Source: a plasmid. Taken from it: 64,000 nucleotides of DNA. The stretch lies in the sequence record OW849071.1; one strand, written 5' to 3'. The position numbers and the translations under genes are program-made. The notes below the pieces were generated by a model. It made no database searches. It saw nothing but the letters and a program-made list of their open reading frames with translations, and had not been told where the DNA came from. Shown in pieces: positions 41,506 to 51,928 of the stretch (within the stretch, counting starts at the first letter, position 1; each line of letters starts with the position of its first letter).

Positions 41506-42388
41506 TGATATCAACACGGTAAGTATGTTGAATGACACGCTTGATGAAGCCGGTTTTACCGTTCTGGTCGCTCTGGAGGGTAATCAAGCCCTTTCGATAA
41601 CCAGCCAGATAACCCCGGATATCATTCTGCTTGATGCCGTAATGCCGCATCTGGATGGGTTTTCAACCAGTAAGCGCCTGCGGCAAAATCCGGGGCTGCG
41701 GCATACCCCGATTATTTTCATGACAGGCCTGAGTGATACGCAGAATATCGTTGATGCATTTGATGCCGGGGTGGTCGATTACGTAATTAAGCCGATACGC
41801 ACGGAAGAGCTGGTTGTCAGAATGCGTACCCACTTGCGGAACTCAAAATTAACGGTCAGTGCCTATAGCGCGATGGATTCCGTTGGCCAGACCTTATGTG
41901 TTTTTAGCAAAGAGGGGCAACTACGCTGGGCCACGCCCAATGCATGGCAACTGATGAAAAACTTCAGCGATACCGGGTATGAACCCAATAAAAAAATAGT
42001 AAACCGGATCATCGGTTGGCTGAACAATACGGAAGGTTTAAAAATACCCTTAGATCTTTCATCGCAAGGCATCGCTCTGAAATTCTATCTTTCACGCCGG
42101 ACCGCTGAAGGAGAAAGTTTGCTACGTATTGAAGAGATCAAAGGACATGAAGAAGTCGAAGCGGTGAAACGCCTGAAAAACAACCTAGGGCTGACGCAAC
42201 GAGAAGCCGAAGTCCTCCTGTGGATTGCCAGGGGAAAAACAAACCGCGAAATTGGCGATATTTTAAACCTTAGCCCCAGAACCGTGAATAAACACCTTGA
42301 AATTGTATTTCCAAAGCTGAGTGTGGACAATCGCACCGCAGCGGCAGCGTTGGCAATAAATTCGCTATATGCCAGGGAGAAAATGTAG
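41468..42388 (+). CDS. Response regulator with receiver, a middle domain of unknown function and a LuxR-type HTH
   Basis: Receiver VLIVDDDINTVSMLNDTLDEAGF...IILLDAVMPHLDG. C-terminal GLTQREAEVLLWIARGKTNREIGDILNLSPRTVNKHLEIVFPKL. Its start overlaps the kinase gene end. Confidence 0.8.
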   Translation: MAIAKPTVLIVDDDINTVSMLNDTLDEAGFTVLVALEGNQALSITSQITPDIILLDAVMPHLDGFSTSKRLRQNPGLRHTPIIFMTGLSDTQNIVDAFDAGVVDYVIKPIRTEELVVRMRTHLRNSKLTVSAYSAMDSVGQTLCVFSKEGQLRWATPNAWQLMKNFSDTGYEPNKKIVNRIIGWLNNTEGLKIPLDLSSQGIALKFYLSRRTAEGESLLRIEEIKGHEEVEAVKRLKNNLGLTQREAEVLLWIARGKTNREIGDILNLSPRTVNKHLEIVFPKLSVDNRTAAAALAINSLYAREKM

Positions 42389-42414
42389 CGACAATGAGGC
42401 GTATTCGCGCAGAC

Positions 42415-42955
42415 CTGCCCTGACATTTTTATCAGGCAGAACTGGCACCCTCATGTCCACGTCTCCGTCACCTGTGGCGGTATCGATGAGCACGGGAAGT
42501 GGAAGAAAATCAGCTTCCGTAAGGATGCCATGCGCGCCCGCTGGATGTGGAATATCCGCCAGCTTCTGCTGAGCGTCTGGTTCGAAGGCGTGGCCCTGCC
42601 GCTGTCCCTGTCACATATCACCACCGAATCACAATGGCGCAGTCTGATACTGACGGCCGGAGGCGACTACTGGCACGTCTACATGTCAAAAAAGACGGAC
42701 GGTGGCAAAAACACCGTGAAATACCTGGGGCGTTACCTGAAAAAGCCGCCGATAGCGGGCTCCCGGCTGGCGCACTACGCCGGAAGTGCCACGCTGAGCT
42801 TTCGCTACCACGACCACAACACGGGCGAGCTGGCCACAGAGACGCTGACGCAGAGGGACATCGTGGCGCGCCTGAAACAGCACATCCCGGAGAAGTTCTT
42901 CCGTAAGCGTACAGCGAGTGACCTGCCCCCAGGATTAGATACAACCGTCAGTTAG
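42415..42955 (+). pseudogene. Fragment of an IS91-family (rolling-circle) transposase
   Basis: ...HVHVSVTCGGIDEHGKWKKISFRKDAMRARW...YLGRYLKKPPIAGSRLAHYAGSATLSFRYHDHNTGELATETL. No N-terminal HUH part. Ends at the IS3 fragment. Confidence 0.55.
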
Positions 42956-43329
42956 TAAGGTCGGTTTGTTTACCTTCACATTTTACATTTCGCCACCGTG
43001 CTGCAAACTCTGATGGCGTCTGATAATTCAGTGCTGAATGTGGACGACACTCGTTATAATCCTGCCGCCAGTCATTAATGATTTTCCTTGCGTGAACGAT
43101 ATCGCTGAACCAGTGCTCATTCAGGCATTCATCGCGAAATCGTCCGTTAAAGCTCTCAATAAATCCGTTCTGCGTTGGCTTGCCCGGCTGGATTAAGCGC
43201 AACTCAACACCATGCTCAAAAGCCCATTGATCCAGTGCGCGGCAAGTGAACTCCGGCCCCTGGTCAGTTCTTATCGTCGCCGGATAGCCTCGGAACAGTG
43301 CAATGCTGTCCAGAATACGCGTGATCTGA
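42948..43329 (-). pseudogene. C-terminal fragment of an IS3-family orfB (integrase core end), cut by the IS903-like element
   Basis: ...[72 protein letters not shown]... The homologous frame stops exactly at the IS903-like inverted repeat at 43330. Confidence 0.6.
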
Positions 43330-44385
43330 GGCTTTGTTGAATAAATCAGCTTCAGGACGAGTGACTCTGTAACTGACCGGGTTTTCAGGCAATACGCACG
43401 CTTTCTGGCATACCAGCCTTCGTTATTTTATTCAGCGCACGCACCATGCCCAAAGCCTCTACTACCTGACCATCGTAATCACACAGCGTCAGTGAACCTC
43501 CGAACAGTTGCTTTACCCTGTACATGGCCGTCTCCGCTATCGAGCGACGGTTGTAATCTGTTGTCCATTTCCACCGGGCATTACTCCCGGTCAGCCGCTG
43601 ATTCGCTACTGCACGGTTACGGTCTGCGTACTCTACGGGCCAGTAACCCGCTCCTTTTCGGGGCGGGATGAGGGCACTGATTTTCTTGCGCCGCAGTTCA
43701 TCGTGACAGAGTCGGGTGTCGTAAGCGCCGTCTGCTGCGGCTGCCCTGATTTTTCTGTGTGTCTGCCGGATAAGACCCGGGAAAGCTTCTGAGTCCGTGA
43801 CGTTGTTCAGAGACAGGTCCGCGCAGATGACTTCATGTGTTCTGCTGTCAACGGCCAGATGCAGCTTCCGCCAGGTACGACGGCGCTCTTTGCCGTGATT
43901 TTTGACTTTCCATTTGCCTTCACCAAAAACCTTCAGCCCGGTGGAATCAATCACCAGGTGTGCGATTTCACCCCGGGTGGGTGTTTTGAAACAGACATTA
44001 ACCGACTTTGCCCGCTTGCTGACACTGCTGTAATCCGGGCAGCGCAACGGAACGTTCATCAGGGCAAAAATGGAATCAATAAAACCCTGCGCAGCCCGCA
44101 GGGTCAGCCGGAACAGGCGTTTAATCATCAGGACGGTGGTGATGGCAAGGTCAGAATAGCGCTGAGGTCTTCCCCGTGATGAAGGCGTTGCCGACTCATA
44201 CCAGGCATGAATCGCTTCATCGTCCAGCCAGAAAGTGAGGGAGCCACGGTTGATGAGGGCTTTGTTGTAGGTGGGCCAGTTGGTGATTTTGAACTTTTGC
44301 TTTGCCACGGAACGGTCTGTGTTGTCGGGAGGATGCGTGATCTGATCCTTCAACTCAGCAAAAGTTCGATTTATTCAACAAAGCC
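43330..44385 (-). mobile_element. IS903-like element (IS5 family), 1056 bp
   Basis: 18-bp terminal inverted repeats GGCTTTGTTGAATAAATC (43330-43347) and its complement (44368-44385). Transposase 43385..44353 (322 aa) matches IS903 transposase (ITNWPTYNKALINRGS.TFWLDDEAI.AWYESATPSSRGRPQRYSDLAITT...). Flanking 9-bp sequences do not match. Confidence 0.85.
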
Positions 44386-44626
44386 GTTTGACCGTATCAT
44401 TCTTAGCCAAATGCGCTAAGGCTAAAATTTAGTATGAGTAGTGATAAGCACTTTTCCTCAACAGGAAAATATCAACCTCCGTTTGCTTAATGAAGGTCTG
44501 CTTATCGCTCACAACTGCCCGTCATGCCAGCTCAAAAAACAGGCTTAACGTAGGATATTTAATGAGATGGTCACTCCCTCCTTCCCAGTACTATGCTGAG
44601 GACAGGCTTTCATTCGGAGAACCATC

Positions 44627-45631
44627 ATGGAAAACATTGCGCTTATTGGTATCGATCTGGGTAAGAACTCTTTCCATATTCATTGTCAGGATCATCGTGG
44701 GAAGGCCGTTTACCGTAAAAAATTCACCCGACCAAAGCTAATCGAATTTCTGGCGACATGCCCGGCAACAACCATCGCGATGGAAGCCTGTGGCGGTTCT
44801 CACTTTATGGCACGCAAGCTGGAAGAGTTAGGGCATTTTCCAAAGCTGATATCACCGCAATTTGTCCGCCCATTCGTTAAAAGCAACAAAAATGACTTCG
44901 TTGATGCTGAAGCTATCTGTGAAGCAGCATCACGTCCATCTATGCGTTTCGTGCAGCCCAGAACCGAATCTCAGCAGGCAATGCGAGCTCTGCATCGTGT
45001 CCGTGAATCCCTGGTTCAGGATAAGGTGAAAACAACTAATCAGATGCATGCTTTTCTGCTGGAATTTGGTATCAGCGTTCCGCGAGGTGCTGCCGTTATT
45101 AGTCGACTGAGTACCCTTCTTGAGGACAGTAGTTTGCCTCTTTATCTCAGCCAGTTACTGCTGAAATTACAACAGCATTATCACTATCTTGTTGAGCAGA
45201 TTAAAGATCTGGAATCTCAGTTGAAACGAAAGTTGGACGAAGATGAGGTTGGACAGCGCTTGCTGAGTATTCCCTGCGTTGGAACGCTGACTGCCAGTAC
45301 TATTTCAACTGAGATTGGCGACGGGAAGCAGTACGCCAGCAGCCGTGACTTTGCGGCGGCAACAGGGCTGGTACCCCGACAGTACAGCACGGGAGGTCGG
45401 ACGACATTGTTAGGGATTAGCAAGCGGGGCAACAAAAAGATCCGAACTTTGTTGGTTCAGTGTGCCAGGGTATTCATACAAAAACTGGAACACCAGTCTG
45501 GCAAGTTGGCCGACTGGGTCAGGGAGTTGTTGTGTCGGAAAAGCAACTTTGTCGTCACCTGTGCTCTGGCAAACAAGCTGGCCAGAATAGCCTGGGCACT
45601 GACGGCGCGACAGCAAACTTACGAAGCATAA
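44627..45631 (+). CDS. IS110-family transposase
   Basis: 334 aa. N-terminal DEDD-type motif (IGIDLGKNSFHIHCQD...AMEACGGSHF) and a C-terminal Transposase_20-like region (LLSIPCVGTLTASTISTEIGDG). Confidence 0.8.
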   Translation: MENIALIGIDLGKNSFHIHCQDHRGKAVYRKKFTRPKLIEFLATCPATTIAMEACGGSHFMARKLEELGHFPKLISPQFVRPFVKSNKNDFVDAEAICEAASRPSMRFVQPRTESQQAMRALHRVRESLVQDKVKTTNQMHAFLLEFGISVPRGAAVISRLSTLLEDSSLPLYLSQLLLKLQQHYHYLVEQIKDLESQLKRKLDEDEVGQRLLSIPCVGTLTASTISTEIGDGKQYASSRDFAAATGLVPRQYSTGGRTTLLGISKRGNKKIRTLLVQCARVFIQKLEHQSGKLADWVRELLCRKSNFVVTCALANKLARIAWALTARQQTYEA

Positions 45632-45990
45632 AGGCAGAAATACACCAGTTTAAACAATCATTCATCTGGTTTTGCGAATACTGATATTGATGATACTAAC
45701 GGCCCACCGGCCTGTTGAGGAACCTGTAAAACGGAAAGGCTCATTGAAGCCGTATATTTTCTGGAGGTTCATCAGGCGCGGAACTCATCGAGGCGCGGGA
45801 ATAAAATCCCATTCAGACGCCGGATAGATTCAAGCAAGCCAACTTGTCGTCAAAATCGGTGTTGCAAAAACGGGAGTGACCATAGATTCCGTTTTCCAAG
45901 CGGACCCCTATCAAAGGATTAATCTGTCGACCATCGTCATCAAAAGCAGCATCGAGACTGGAGCGTGAAAGATAAATGCCGTTTATGCTG

Positions 45991-46350
45991 TCATTCAGGG
46001 TAACTGCATAGTCGGTAGTTCCAGCACATATCTTTCGCCGTTTCCAGAGCATGGGTCAACCGGAACAGGTCATTCTGCGCAGACAACTCCCCGGAGCTGG
46101 AACGCCAGAGGTAGTTCAGCTTACGGGCCAGTTTAGCATTGACGCCCAGCTGTCGGCCCTGTTTCAGAAGCCACTCGATGTCAGGGGCCACGTCACGCGA
46201 AAAACGACGTTGCTTCAGTGCTGTCGCCAGCCAGCGGGTGAGAAAGAGATTTTCCTGTACCGGTGACACAACGTCACCGTTTTGCCTGGCTAACGCCAGC
46301 GCCACCAAGGCGCACCACGCCAAATGTGCTGATTTTTCTGTCAGATTCAC
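45991..46350 (-). CDS. Hypothetical protein (119 aa). A possible second small ORF 45813..46052 overlaps downstream.
   Basis: ORFs only. No homology that I recognise. Confidence 0.25.
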   Translation of the reverse strand: MNLTEKSAHLAWCALVALALARQNGDVVSPVQENLFLTRWLATALKQRRFSRDVAPDIEWLLKQGRQLGVNAKLARKLNYLWRSSSGELSAQNDLFRLTHALETAKDMCWNYRLCSYPE

Positions 46351-46399
46351 TGGGGAGTTTTTTCCTTTGTTTTGGGAGCTGAATATATCTTAACCGGAA

Positions 46400-46800
46400 G
46401 CGGGTTTCATCCGGAACCGTAGCCCCTGAACTGAACATCAGGTCCGGACTGGCGAGCAGTGCGCAGCCAGTCTTCTGAATGCCGCTTTGCGGCATGGAGG
46501 CGCCAGATGAGGTTACATGCGTCTGTGGAGTCAAATGGCGCCGAAAGCCCGACGTAGCCGGTTACCGGACTATAAATTCTGCCCGTTTGCCCCCTGTCCT
46601 GGTTAGCTCTACCCCGCTATCTCGCCCTTTCGGGCGAGGTGTAGTCAAGGACACTCCGGTCCGGCGCTGGTTTGATCGCCGGGTTTTAAGGGATGTGGTG
46701 ATATACGGATCCGTCTCCTATCTTCCGAATCTCGCGTAAGCGTTAACGTCAACCAACGCATCACTAGGGCTACGTCACTTGTGGCTCGTTGATGTTATGA
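46400..46800. other. Non-coding stretch with several GC-rich hairpins upstream of the MFS fragment
   Basis: For example CTCGCCC-TTTC-GGGCGAG (46624-46641) and CCGGCG-CTGGTTTGAT-CGCCGG (46659-46680). No ORF of convincing length or composition. Confidence 0.2.
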
Positions 46801-46807
46801 GGTTGCC

Positions 46808-46990
46808 GTGTCTTCTGCGCTTTCCCCCTCCAACCCCACCAGGACAACTTCCCGCTGGGGCTTGTACGTCAGCATTGTGCTGATTGGCGCGAATCTGCGC
46901 GCCCCCATTACGAGCCTCGGGCCGGTTCTTCCCGATATTCAACGCGCCTTACACCTCGGAGGTCTTGGGGCGGAAGCAGCTGGCACCGAC
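46808..46990 (+). pseudogene. N-terminal fragment of an MFS transporter (CynX/YeaN-like)
   Basis: WGLYVSIVLIGANLRAPITSLGPVLPDIQRALHL matches the first TM and motif A region of CynX-type transporters. The frame degenerates after ~60 codons. Confidence 0.45.
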
Positions 46991-47041
46991 GGCAAACATC
47001 TCCAATTCAATGCGCAGCTGGCGACAAACCATTTCCATCAA

Positions 47042-47352
47042 TTAGGGCTGGCCGCCTTGTGAATTCCAGAAAACGATCTTGCGAATACCTGTGCGCCAGG
47101 CGCTTTTAGCCATTTCAAAACACACTTTCCCCAGAACATCATATGGCAACGAAAGTGTGTCAGGGTAAGCTAGGTGTTCGTCAGATTTACCTACAGGCAA
47201 AGTGGCCAACACCAGCATGGTAAATTGGCAGGCAGTAATTCTGCAGCTCGCTCAATAATGCTGGCATTAATGGCAGCAAACACCCGAACCAGCAGATGAG
47301 GTCCGTGTTGTTCTACGGCGCAAATAGGTAGTACTGCGACGATATTCGCCAT
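47042..47352 (-). pseudogene. Creatininase-family amidohydrolase fragment with an internal frameshift (not on the ORF track)
   Basis: Minus-strand translation: MANIVAVLPICAVEQHGPHLLV..., then in a second frame ...LPVGKSDEHLAYPDTLSLPYDVLGKVCFEMAKSAWRTGIRKIVFWNSQGG. These match the creatininase/formamide-hydrolase family EQHGPHL motif region. Confidence 0.45.
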
Positions 47353-47545
47353 ATCCAGTTTACTGAATTCCCGCGTGGTGAGATCACACCACTAGGGAGA
47401 AGACGGTTTAAGCATGTTTACCTCCGGTTTTGTCTAACAATAAAAGATACGGTACGTTGCATTTAGGGCATTTTAGACCGGCTCTATGTCCTGCTATGTG
47501 CTAACTTTTCCAGTTTAATGGCCTCTCGTCGGGTTGTGTAGCAAC

Positions 47546-47581
47546 AGTGTCGCCACCGGCGGAAATCCGCCGGTTTGAATG
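47546..47581. terminator. Hairpin CCGGCGG-AAAT-CCGCCGG with a T-rich tail, immediately downstream of the ABC ATPase gene
   Basis: Stem read directly from the sequence. The T6 tract is on the plus strand, so function for the minus-strand operon is uncertain. Confidence 0.3.
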
Positions 47582-47590
47582 CTTTTTTGT

Positions 47591-49324
47591 TCAGCAGGCG
47601 ACGAGGTGCCCGTCGCCAAAATCGGTAAAGCGCTGCGGTACTCTCTGATAGCCGATGGGTTTGATCGGTTCTGGTCTTATCGGCATTGCGCTGGTGGCTC
47701 GGGGTTGCCGTCTTTGCTGAACGTCAGGTATAGGAACGGCGCTGAGCAAGTGCTGAGTATAAGGATGCTGCGGATGGTGCAACACTCGATCTCGTGGGCC
47801 GATCTCCACGAGCTGGCCGCCAAACATCACCGCTACCCGGTGGCAGATGCGCTCCACCACCGCCATATCATGGGAAATAAACAGATAGCTGAGCCGATAG
47901 CGCTGACGCAAATCTTCCAGCAGCGTCAGCACCTGCGCCTGTACTGAAACATCCAGCGCGGAAACCGATTCATCGGCGATGATCACTTTCGGGTTCAGCG
48001 CCAGCGCGCGGGCAATGCAAATGCGCTGGCGCTGGCCGCCGGAAAACTGGTGCGGATAACGCCGCATCGCTTCCGCTGGCAGGCCGACCTGCTGCAATAG
48101 CTGCGCCACCCGCTCCGTGCGCTGTACTGCGGGCATCTGCTCATGAATCAGCAGCGGCTCCCCAACCAGGTCGAAAATAGTTTTGCGCGGATTGAGCGCC
48201 GCCCAGGGATCCTGAAACACCATCTGCAAATCGCGGCGTACCGCTCTTAACGCCTCGTCCTTCAGGCCGTGCAGCTCCTGTCCGTTAAGCTGCGCGCTGC
48301 CGCTAAATGGCACCATATTCATCAGAGCTTTTGCCGTCGTCGATTTACCGCAGCCGCTTTCACCGACGATGCCCAACGTCTCGCCGGGGAAAAGATCGAA
48401 GCTGACGCCATCGACGGCATGGACTTCGCGACGCACGCGCAGGCCGTCGCCGCGCACCGGAAAGCGCACGCTGAGGTCGCGGACGCTGAGCAACGGTCGC
48501 GTCGCCTCGACCGGCGCCAGCGCGGGCGCCTGGCCCAGCACCGGTACCGCCTGCAACAGCTGGCGGGTATAAGCCGCCTGCGGCGAGGTAAACAGCGTTT
48601 TTGCCGGAGCCTGCTCCATGATTTTGCCGTGACTCATAACCAGCACATCATCGGCCATTTCTGCCACCACTCCCATATCGTGGGTGATCAACAGCAGGCT
48701 GGTGGAAAACGCCTGCTGCAGTTCGCGCATCAACTCGAGGATCTGCGCCTGAATAGTGACGTCGAGGGCCGTGGTCGGCTCATCGGCAATCAGCACCTGT
48801 GGCTGGCACAGCATTGCCATGGCGATCATCACCCGCTGGCGCATACCGCCGGAAAGCTCGTGCGGATACTGTTGCAGGCGCTTCTCCACATGACTGATTT
48901 TGACCGCGTCCAGCATCGTGCTGACCCGGCTGCGCCGTTCACGGCGGCCCAGCACTTCGTGGCGTTGCAGCGTCTCTTCCAGCTGCTGGCCCACCGTCAT
49001 CAGCGGATTGAGCGAGGTCATCGGTTCCTGAAAAATCATGGCAACCGACTTGCCGCGCAGCAACTGCATTTGCCGCTCCGGCAGGCTGAGCAAATCCTGG
49101 TTATCAAAAATAATCGCGCCGCCTGGAATCTGTGCCTCCTCCGGAAGCAAACCCATGATCGCCAGCGAAGTCAGCGATTTACCGCTGCCCGACTCGCCGG
49201 CAATGCACAGAGTTTTTCCCGGCCAGAGCGCAAAGCTGACGTCATCCACCACCCGCTGTGTACCAAACTGGATCGACAGGCGCTCGACCGAGAGCAGCGG
49301 CGCCGGAAATAGGACTGCTGACAT
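47591..49324 (-). CDS. Fused double ATP-binding-cassette protein of a peptide/glutathione-type ABC importer (GsiA/DppDF-like)
   Basis: Two complete ABC modules (GESGSGKS...LSGGMRQR...ADEPTTALD and GESGCGKST...FSGGQRQR...ADESVSALD). Start taken at [11 protein letters not shown]. Confidence 0.85.
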   Translation of the reverse strand: MSAVLFPAPLLSVERLSIQFGTQRVVDDVSFALWPGKTLCIAGESGSGKSLTSLAIMGLLPEEAQIPGGAIIFDNQDLLSLPERQMQLLRGKSVAMIFQEPMTSLNPLMTVGQQLEETLQRHEVLGRRERRSRVSTMLDAVKISHVEKRLQQYPHELSGGMRQRVMIAMAMLCQPQVLIADEPTTALDVTIQAQILELMRELQQAFSTSLLLITHDMGVVAEMADDVLVMSHGKIMEQAPAKTLFTSPQAAYTRQLLQAVPVLGQAPALAPVEATRPLLSVRDLSVRFPVRGDGLRVRREVHAVDGVSFDLFPGETLGIVGESGCGKSTTAKALMNMVPFSGSAQLNGQELHGLKDEALRAVRRDLQMVFQDPWAALNPRKTIFDLVGEPLLIHEQMPAVQRTERVAQLLQQVGLPAEAMRRYPHQFSGGQRQRICIARALALNPKVIIADESVSALDVSVQAQVLTLLEDLRQRYRLSYLFISHDMAVVERICHRVAVMFGGQLVEIGPRDRVLHHPQHPYTQHLLSAVPIPDVQQRRQPRATSAMPIRPEPIKPIGYQRVPQRFTDFGDGHLVAC

Positions 49325-49331
49325 AACGCTC

Positions 49332-50279
49332 CTAATTAAACACGCTGTTGGGAAAATAGAACGACACCACCCAGTTAGGCCGATCGACGATTTCGCTGAT
49401 GCGCAGATCGCCGCACACGGAGCAGAGCATATAGGCCTCTTCCGCCGACATCCCTTGTTCGCGGCACAGCGCATCGATGGTATAGCTTACCGCGTCGCGG
49501 GCGGCGGTCATCAGGTCAGGGCCAATGCCGGTGAAGGCGCTGTAGCCGTGCCGATCCAGATGTTGGGTCACTGGGCCAGGGGTGGCGAAACGCGGCGTTT
49601 TCAGCGGCATATCTTTAACCACTTCCAGCTTCACCACCACGTCCATCGCGCTTTCAATCGCCGTGCCGCAGACTTCACCATCGCCCTGCGCGGCGTGGGT
49701 GTCACCAATAGAAAACAACGCGCCTTCTACTTCCACCGGTAGCCATAATGTGCAGCCAGCGGCCAGATCGCGAATATCCAGATTGCCGCCCACGCGGCGC
49801 GGCGGCACCACCGAATGATGGCCCGCGGCAGCGGGAGCGACGCCGAGGGTACCGGCGAAGGGTTTCAGCGGTACGCGGCCATATCGGCCAAAGGCGCAGG
49901 GGGTTAAGCCCTGGCGGTCATATTGCCACAGCGTCAGCGCCGGATCAGAAAACTGATCGGCCAGCAGGCCGAAGCCCGGGATATTCGCAGTCCAGCCAAA
50001 GCCGCTGGGACGAAAGGATTCCAGCGTCACCTTTAGCGCATCGCCCGGCTGAGCGCCTTCCACATAGACCGGGCCACTGACCGGGTTGAGCTTATCAAAC
50101 GGCAGCGTTGGGATATCCGCTGCGGTAGAACCGGCGTTGAACCAGCCGTTAGCCGCATCCAGGCAGTGAAACTCCAGTTGGCTGCCGGAAGCTACGTGCA
50201 GGACCGGGCTCAGGCTGTTATCCCAGCCGAAATGATGTTGAGCATGATGAATGGTCTTCACCAGACAATTTTGGCACAT
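49332..50279 (-). CDS. Acetamidase/formamidase-family amidohydrolase (FmdA/AmdA family)
   Basis: 315 aa with family-typical segments (GPVYVEGAQPGDALKV...GGNLDIRDLAAGCTLWLPV...GDTHAAQGDGEVCGTAIE). Confidence 0.8.
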   Translation of the reverse strand: MCQNCLVKTIHHAQHHFGWDNSLSPVLHVASGSQLEFHCLDAANGWFNAGSTAADIPTLPFDKLNPVSGPVYVEGAQPGDALKVTLESFRPSGFGWTANIPGFGLLADQFSDPALTLWQYDRQGLTPCAFGRYGRVPLKPFAGTLGVAPAAAGHHSVVPPRRVGGNLDIRDLAAGCTLWLPVEVEGALFSIGDTHAAQGDGEVCGTAIESAMDVVVKLEVVKDMPLKTPRFATPGPVTQHLDRHGYSAFTGIGPDLMTAARDAVSYTIDALCREQGMSAEEAYMLCSVCGDLRISEIVDRPNWVVSFYFPNSVFN

Positions 50280-50323
50280 CCTGACTCTCCTTTAAGCAGC
50301 GGCGCCGTCCCGGCGCCATCAAA

Positions 50324-51928
50324 TTATTTCAGTCCGATATAGTCGTAGTTGACTGGTACATGCACTGGATCGACATACAGCGCGTCCTCGCCCCCCATGC
50401 GTGCGGAATGTACGGTGTAGCGCTTCTCGTTGAATACCGGCACCCAGGGCGCGTCATCCATTGCAGTGATGAAGATTTTGCGCCAGGCTTCAATGCGCGC
50501 GTCCTGCTGGTCGGGTTTCACCATGCTGTCCGCCGCGGCCGCCTGCGCGTCCAGCGCTTTGTTGCAGTAGCGCGCCCAGTTCCAGCCGCCCTCTACCGCC
50601 CCGGCGCAGCCGAGGATCGGGCCATAGAAGTTGGAGGGATCCGGGAAATCGGCGATCCACGCCATGCCGCCGGACCAGACCATCGGCGCTTGGCTGGCGG
50701 AGCCGCCCGCCGCAATCACATTCGCCTGCGCCAGGGATTTGATGCTGGCGTGGATGCCCACTTTGGCCAGATCCTGCTGGATAGACTGAGCGATACGCGG
50801 CTGCGGATCGGTATTCATCACGTACAGTTCGGTAGCAAAACCGTTGGGGAAACCCGCTTCGCTGAGCAGTTGCTTCGCTTTTGCCGGGTCGTAGCTGAAA
50901 CCCTGATATGCCTTGTCATAACCGGGCATGGCGGGTGGCAGTGGCTGGTTGGCCGGCGCCGCGCGTCCATTAATGATGCGCACGATGCGATCTTTGTTGA
51001 CCGCCATGTTCACCGCCTGGCGGACTTTGAGATTATCGAAAGGCGGCAGCGTGGTTTTCATCGTCACGTAGCCGGTCTGCAACTGGTCGCCGGTGACCAT
51101 CAGGCCCTTATAGGCCGGGTTGTTTTTAAACGACAGAAACTGTGCGGGCGGTACGCCGTCGCCGGCAATATCCACTTCGCCTTTTTCCAGCCGCAGCAGA
51201 GCGACCGAGGGATCCTGTCCCATTTCGAACTTTATGTGATCCAGCCGCGGCACGCCGGCTTTAAAGTAGTTCGGGTTTTTGCGGAAGATCAGCTCCTGGC
51301 CCAGCTTCCACTCCTGGAGCTCAAACGCGCCGCTGCCGACCGGATGCTTGCCGAAGTCGGCACCCCATTTCTCCACCTCCTCACGGGGAACCACCGAGGC
51401 AAAGTTCAGCGCCAGCACATGCAGGAAGGTGGCGTTGGGCTCTTTCAGAGTGATTTTTACCGTATGATCGTCGACGACCTCGATACCGCTCAGGGTCGTG
51501 CTTTTACCGCTAGCCTCCTCGTCATAGCCCGCGATGGGACTGAAGAACCCGGCGCCCGGACTTTGGGTTTTCGGGTTGACTGTGCGTTCCAGAGAATATT
51601 TCACGTCCGCCGCCGTGACCTCGCGGCCGTTGTGGAATTTCACCCCTTTGCGTAGCACAAAGGTGTAGACCTTGCCGTCCTCGGAAATGGCGTAGCTCTC
51701 CGCCAGGTCGTTCACCAACTCGGTGGTGCCGGGACGATAGTCCATCAGGCCGTCGAACAGGCTTTTGATCATCGACCAGTTTTGCCAGTCATAGCCAATG
51801 GCCGGATCGAGGGTCGCCACGTCGTTCTGGTAGGTCACCACGATATCGCCGCCGGTCTTCTCGTCAGCCTGCGCGCCATAAGAGAAACAGGCCGCGGCCA
51901 CCGCCATTGTCAATAACGCATTTTTCAT
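50324..51928 (-). CDS. Periplasmic substrate-binding protein, family 5 (DppA/GsiB-like)
   Basis: Signal peptide MKNALLTMAVAAACFSYGAQA and ~510 aa of cluster-C SBP sequence. Confidence 0.85.
   Translation of the reverse strand: MKNALLTMAVAAACFSYGAQADEKTGGDIVVTYQNDVATLDPAIGYDWQNWSMIKSLFDGLMDYRPGTTELVNDLAESYAISEDGKVYTFVLRKGVKFHNGREVTAADVKYSLERTVNPKTQSPGAGFFSPIAGYDEEASGKSTTLSGIEVVDDHTVKITLKEPNATFLHVLALNFASVVPREEVEKWGADFGKHPVGSGAFELQEWKLGQELIFRKNPNYFKAGVPRLDHIKFEMGQDPSVALLRLEKGEVDIAGDGVPPAQFLSFKNNPAYKGLMVTGDQLQTGYVTMKTTLPPFDNLKVRQAVNMAVNKDRIVRIINGRAAPANQPLPPAMPGYDKAYQGFSYDPAKAKQLLSEAGFPNGFATELYVMNTDPQPRIAQSIQQDLAKVGIHASIKSLAQANVIAAGGSASQAPMVWSGGMAWIADFPDPSNFYGPILGCAGAVEGGWNWARYCNKALDAQAAAADSMVKPDQQDARIEAWRKIFITAMDDAPWVPVFNEKRYTVHSARMGGEDALYVDPVHVPVNYDYIGLK

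Noticed and set aside
48269-51655. 347-aa and 431-aa plus-strand ORFs
   Set aside because: Antisense to the GsiA-like ATPase and the substrate-binding protein genes. They have no motifs and an Arg/His-rich composition.
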